Source: Octopus sinensis
Taxonomy: Eukaryota
Assembly (NCBI RefSeq): GCF_006345805.1
Contig: NW_021834039.1
Span: 1 to 28,189 of the forward strand
Length of the DNA stretch: 28,189 nt
Reading direction: 5' to 3'
Position numbers and translations under genes: made by a program. This document shows, in pieces, positions 23,507 through 28,189 of this stretch. The notes under the pieces were generated by a model. That model ran no database searches, was not told the origin of the DNA, and saw only the letters and a program-made list of their open reading frames with translations. Positions within the stretch are counted from its first letter, which is position 1. Each line of letters starts with the position of its first letter.

Positions 23507-24596
23507 CAGGGCGCGTTGTGTAAATTGTTGTCACCATTTTATATTTTTAATTTCGCGCATGCACTTTCTTTGTTTTTGATTTTGTCGACTACACAGCTTA
23601 GTGGGGTCAGTTGGGCACCGTCTCTGGGAAAAACAGCACCATGACACAATTCGATTCGCTCTGCCAGAAATTTGGAAATGACATGCTGTACTGTTTGGCA
23701 TTTGTGCTGGAAGCTTCAATACGAACATTTCAGAGTGTTTAGGTGTCAATGTGAAGACAGTGCAGAAGATTCGGATTGAGTTGGATGAGTCTGTTGGTGA
23801 TTACAAAGGTAGGGCAGCTCGGAAAGTGCACTCTGATTGTTCTGATGAGAAAATAACTCCTGAATTTGCTGGTGAGATCCAGGCCATTATTGACAACGAT
23901 TCCTCCAAGTCAGTCAGGTCCATCGCCAGGGACATGGTGGTGTCTGTGTTTCTTATCAAGTAGGTTCTACATGAAGACATTCGCTATTCCTCCTACGAGA
24001 TGAGAAAGGGACAATTTTTATCCCATCCCGTCAAGAACTAGAAGTAAGACCGCACTACGAAGCTTTTGAATAAACTGAAGCACCCCCTCCAACCGAACAT
24101 CCCAAAGCAGTGTCCCCCAAAGCATGTCCTGAGAGTGATAAAAATCAAACACTCAGTCAACATCATGGTGTTTGGGATGATCACTAGTGATGGCCACGTT
24201 ATGCCTCCATTTAACCCTCCCACACGGTCTCAGACATAAATGTACGGAGGAGGAAATGCTGCCTTGGGTGAAGAGGATGGCTGCTGGAAGACCCTATGTC
24301 TGGCAACAGGACTCTGCACCATGCCACACAAGCAAGAGAACCCAGTCATGGCTGTCAGACAAGAGGGTTGCAGTCTGGGAGTTAGGTGGCCAGATGTTAG
24401 GGGTGAAATTGTCTGATAGCCATGACTGGGTTCTCCTTTCCGAATTTCTGGCAGAGTGAATTGCGCCATAGTGTTGATTTTTTCATAGACGGTGCCCAAC
24501 TGACTCTTCTATACTGTGTAGTCGAAAAAATAAAAAAAACAAAGAATGCGCGAAATTAAAAATATAAAATAGCAACAATTTACCCACCGCACCCTG
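23507..24596 (+). mobile_element. Tc1/mariner (maT/DD37D-like) transposon, rearranged, TA-flanked, with ~170-bp terminal inverted repeats
   Basis: TA|CAGGGCGCG at 23507 and CGCACCCTG|TA at 24596. The decayed transposase reads IQAIIDNDSSKSVRSIARDM, EDIRYSSY, MVFGMITSDGHVMPP and GRPYVWQQDSAPCHTSKRTQSWLSD. A WPPNS(P)DCNPL motif lies on the opposite strand at 24361-24400. Confidence 0.92.
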
Positions 24597-24813
24597 TAAA
24601 TACTCCTCGGGAAATAATCATTGCCGATTGGATTTGCTGGGTTTCAACTGCAAAGGGGATTCTACATTACCCCCGTCTGTATTGATTTACAATGTGGTTT
24701 GCAGCCTGGCCCACGAAAGAAGCCTTTTTGTGATCACCACCGATTTAGTTAAATCCTTAAATTGTGCATCAAATATATTTATATATGTATACAATTATAT
24801 ATTTATATGTGCA

Positions 24814-24864
<51 letters not shown>

Positions 24865-24949
24865 ATGTATGTATGCATGTATAGATAGACAGATAGATAG
24901 ATAAACTTAAGAGGACAGTGTATGAATGTAGAGTAGTAATGTATAGTGT

Positions 24950-25210
24950 CTAACGACATATCTCAATCTATTTGCACTTCTATGACATGTCTTAATCTCT
25001 AATGCTATAATGTCCACATTCCTAATCTGCAACGAATGCACCTCTATGACATGTCTTAATTCGAAAGATTTCGTTCCTATGACACATTTTAATCTGTAAC
25101 ATTTACACTCTAATGACACGTCTTAACCTGTAACGTCTACGTTCAAATTTTACATCTTATACTGTACTAATGTTGAGTTATTGCGTCTTCACGCCTCTGA
25201 CATGTCTTAC
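24950..25210. repeat. Degenerate ~32-33-bp minisatellite
   Basis: The core ctatgacatgtcttaat recurs at ~24950, 24980, 25044, 25077 and 25110, with weaker units at ~25012 and ~25197. Confidence 0.8.
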
Positions 25211-25239
25211 GTCTTATGTCTTACAGCTGATATTATATG

Positions 25240-25254
25240 TCACCAGATGGCGCT
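25240..25254 (+). promoter_or_regulatory. CTCF-like binding motif
   Basis: TCACCAGATGGCGCT matches the CCASYAGRKGGCRS consensus except at the first base; motif match only. Confidence 0.4.
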
Positions 25255-25526
25255 TTCGGCTGACAAATTATTGGCTTCAAGCAGTTATGAAGCACAAAAC
25301 CTGACTGACAGCGAAAGTCTTAAAGTGCACGGTCAATCGCTTTGCCTTTCCTTTCCTCTTCTGCTCACAATAAAATGGCTGCGACGGCGGCTCCGAACCT
25401 ACTTGTTGAGGATGGTGGAGATGGTAAGGAGGAGAGGTGACGTGTTGATGACGATGGTGATGGAGGTGACAGGTGATGAGGGTGGTGTCGACAGCTATAG
25501 GCAAGAAAGAATTGGTGTGAAATTGT

Positions 25527-25601
25527 GTCACATACATACATACATACATACACATACACACATATATATATAGATAGATACATACATACATACGTACGTA
25601 A

Positions 25602-25646
<45 letters not shown>

Positions 25647-25831
25647 CACACACATATATATAGATACATACACACACAACCACATATATATCAATCTACT
25701 CATCCCACTCCCCAGTAACCAGAAGACTGTCTGCCTGGCTTTTTGCTTGCTTTTCTGCCAATGTGTCTTTGTGTCTTTCTCTCTCCTTTAATATACATAT
25801 ATATGTATGTCTATATGTGTGTGCGTGTGTG

Positions 25832-25885
<54 letters not shown>
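25527..25885. repeat. ACAT/CA/TA microsatellites
   Basis: Directly visible. Confidence 0.9.
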
Positions 25886-25887
<2 letters not shown>

Positions 25888-26016
25888 GTAGTGCAGGAGC
25901 ATAAATCAAAAAAGTTGAATTAAATTTAAACAGGGCAAAGCCTCTCTGTGGATGAAATAAGAATGTAAACTTATCTATTTTATGTCAATGAATATGCGGA
26001 AAAAAAGAGAGCAGAA

Positions 26017-26066
26017 GTCTCCTGACGGACTGTTTTACATTTTGTTGGCCTTTCCTCAGAGAAGAC
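26017..26066 (-). ncRNA. Decayed type I hammerhead ribozyme
   Basis: Minus strand gtcttct-CTGAGGA-aaggccaacaaaatgt-AAAAC-agtcc-GTC-aggagac. Stem I is 7 bp in exact register with a GUC triplet, but G12 is mutated to A and stem II is lost. Confidence 0.5.
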
Positions 26067-26414
26067 GTTCCCAACTTCCTTCCCTAATCAATAACATAGA
26101 TGAAGTGATACATGAAAAAAAACATCTTAAATTTAGTTTACCACTGTAGTGAGTGGCCTAATTTACATATTTGTGCTTTCAACAGTTTGTTATTAATTAA
26201 ACAATATATGTTTTATTCACAACAGTGTAACTTAATCTACGGATTTTCCTACTACAGATTTACACTAAACCGTTTATTAAAAAGAAATAGGTTTTAAAAG
26301 AAAATGATGTAAAAATAATCTAAAATATGGAGCTTTACTCCCTAAAAGGTTGGCGCCAAGAAAAAGGCTTTGTATAGCATCTTGATATCTCTTCCATTCA
26401 TAAAAGTATAATGA

Positions 26415-26745
26415 CTTATCGAACACTTTCGAAGGTCGCTTTAACCATCAGTTGTTCAATAACTCGTTCCACCATCAACAATTAGAAATCAGAGCACTTT
26501 CCAAAAACATTTCTTTCAATGTACTGCGGAACTCTTACGTCACTCACCAGTGAGTTTTTGACTTAGTAAAGTTCAGCGAAAGAAATGCTTTCGACCGTGT
26601 CTGGCACACAAGTCTCCAAACTTTCGGTCTACGAGCTTCATCCATTTCTCATGACGTGGAACGGTTGCTCTATCAGATCGCACCGGTTGCCCTGTGTCAG
26701 AACTCACTCCGCCTCACCCTCAATCAGCTCCAGTGTTCTCCACAG
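26415..26745 (+). mobile_element. Decayed LINE reverse transcriptase fragment (CR1/Jockey-group-like)
   Basis: Frameshifted motifs in RT order: NTFEGRFNHQL, SYVTHQ, NAFDRVWHTSL (KAFDRVWH motif), SKLSVYELHPFLMTW, LSDR. Confidence 0.7.
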
Positions 26746-27097
26746 GAGGTGGGGACCAAAGAAGCGTTACAAGGGCTGCCTGAAGCAGTCCCTTGGTGTT
26801 TGTGACATTGATTATCGTGTATGGTCCACTCTAACAGCTGACCACGCTGCTTGGCGCCATACCATCAGCGATGCTGTTTCTTCCTTTGAGATCTCTCGCA
26901 GTGATTCTCTCGAAGACAAACGTCAGGGGCGAAAAAATAATGCAGCTGCATCATAAGATCCTGGACAATCATAGCTCTGTCATCTTTGCAATTGGATATA
27001 TCGATCCAACATCAGCCTTACCAGCCATGAACGAGCGTGCAGACAACGTGGACAAAAGCCTTCCTGATTTTCGTCAGCGAAGCGAAGCCAAGAAGGG
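26746..27097 (+). mobile_element. RTE-clade LINE 3' end (5'-truncated)
   Basis: GPKKRYKGCLKQSLGVCDIDYRVWSTLTADHAAWRHTISDAVSSFE..LEDKRQGRK, then CHLCNWIYRSNISLTSHERAC finger and a short 3' tail gaagcgaagccaagaag; typical RTE C-terminus. Confidence 0.85.
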
Positions 27098-27599
27098 AGA
27101 TTCGATATAAATCGATGTAATGTAGTCAAATCTATTGACCGCATTGGTAAAATTTCTGCAGAAAAATTTACAAAACATGTTACGACTGTTTCGTTCAAGA
27201 ATACAACACACCGCTCAGTCTAAGAATCGAAACAACAACCTCGCAACCAGTAGACCAGCCACCTTCCCAACTATCTTGTTGACCAACAGAATTAAATTCC
27301 TCTCATTGAAAAATCTTATCTAAAGGTAACTAAAGCGAATATAATCTACGATAAAAAAAAACTGCACTGCCTAGGAGCCATTTTTAAACGCATCTTTTAT
27401 ATTTCTTATCTCTCTGCCTCTCTACTCAACCAATTTTATACTTTGTGATATCTGAAAATGTAGCGAAAACCTGGTGCTGTTCAATGAGCTGAACTACATT
27501 GGATCTGGTCAAGAATTGGCTGCGCAAAGAATAAAGGTGGTCGAGGAAGGTAAACGTTAAGACTATTACTCACCCAGAAACGTGGGTGATGATATCTCT

Positions 27600-27688
27600 C
27601 ACTTTCTCTGTCTCTGTTTTTCTCTTTCTTTCCCTCTCTCTCTGTTTTTCTCTTTCTTTCCCTCTCTCTCTGTTTTTCTCTTTCTTTC

Positions 27689-27753
<65 letters not shown>

Positions 27754-27775
27754 AATGTATAAATATATATACAAG
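27600..27775. repeat. 28-bp CT-rich unit x~3 grading into (CT)n(TA)n
   Basis: tctctctctgtttttctctttctttccc repeated. Confidence 0.85.
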
Positions 27776-27814
27776 CACATAAACATACATAGACGCAGAC
27801 ATGAGCACAACAGT

Positions 27815-28100
27815 ATAGATGTTGGGTAGACCGGAGTGGCGAACCCGCTGGGTGGTCTCTAACGTACCTACACTAAGCAGTTTAGCAAACGATGTACAGG
27901 TAGATTACCGCGCTTCTTCTGTACCACCCTGGGACCAGGCATACTCCATGCACCAGTAGAACCACGCATCTCATAATGGTTATCACAGACAACAGATACA
28001 GATACCTTTCTACGGGAATCATTCACTGCCTCTGCACTGATTGCGCGGCTGGGACTTACTCTTTGTATACCTGCACATATCTGTGTGAGCGAGTATATAA
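27815..28100 (-). mobile_element. Possible 5' region of an RTE-like LINE
   Basis: GC-balanced segment between microsatellites. The minus translation GPRVVQKKRGNLPVHRLLN resembles the leader preceding the RTE endonuclease, but no definitive motif is present. Confidence 0.3.
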
Positions 28101-28189
28101 TCATATACATACATACATACATACATACATACATACATACATACATACATACACATACGTACATACATACATACACATACATACATATA

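Noticed and set aside
24950-25210. CRISPR-like appearance of this array and of the 3886-3949 repeat
   Set aside because: Linkers are short and mutually similar, repeats are degenerate or only two, there are no cas genes, and the context is eukaryotic.
135-28182. Most ORFs in the supplied track (YI/HT/CV/SL/MYVC/poly-V/poly-S)
   Set aside because: They are translations of stop-free microsatellites, not genes.

Overview
Eukaryotic, AT-rich, extremely microsatellite-dense non-coding DNA. The repeat landscape resembles an Octopus/cephalopod genome; this is inferred from remembered repeat families, not from a search. No intact protein-coding gene is supported, and nearly all listed ORFs are microsatellite translations. 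The window holds decayed mobile elements: two Tc1/mariner (maT/DD37D-like) relics, a Penelope-like element (PLE) 3' fragment with a GIY-YIG endonuclease, RTE-type and other LINE fragments, and several tRNA-derived SINE families. It also has a ~1.19 kb tandem duplication and two ~33 bp minisatellites. The most notable signal is at 17109-17170: a complete hammerhead ribozyme catalytic core with helices I and III in exact register, but with strands in a NON-circularly permuted (pseudoknotted) order, inside a structured repeat-like block. Four other decayed or partial PLE-type hammerheads lie elsewhere. One mariner is a rearranged element bounded by two left ends.
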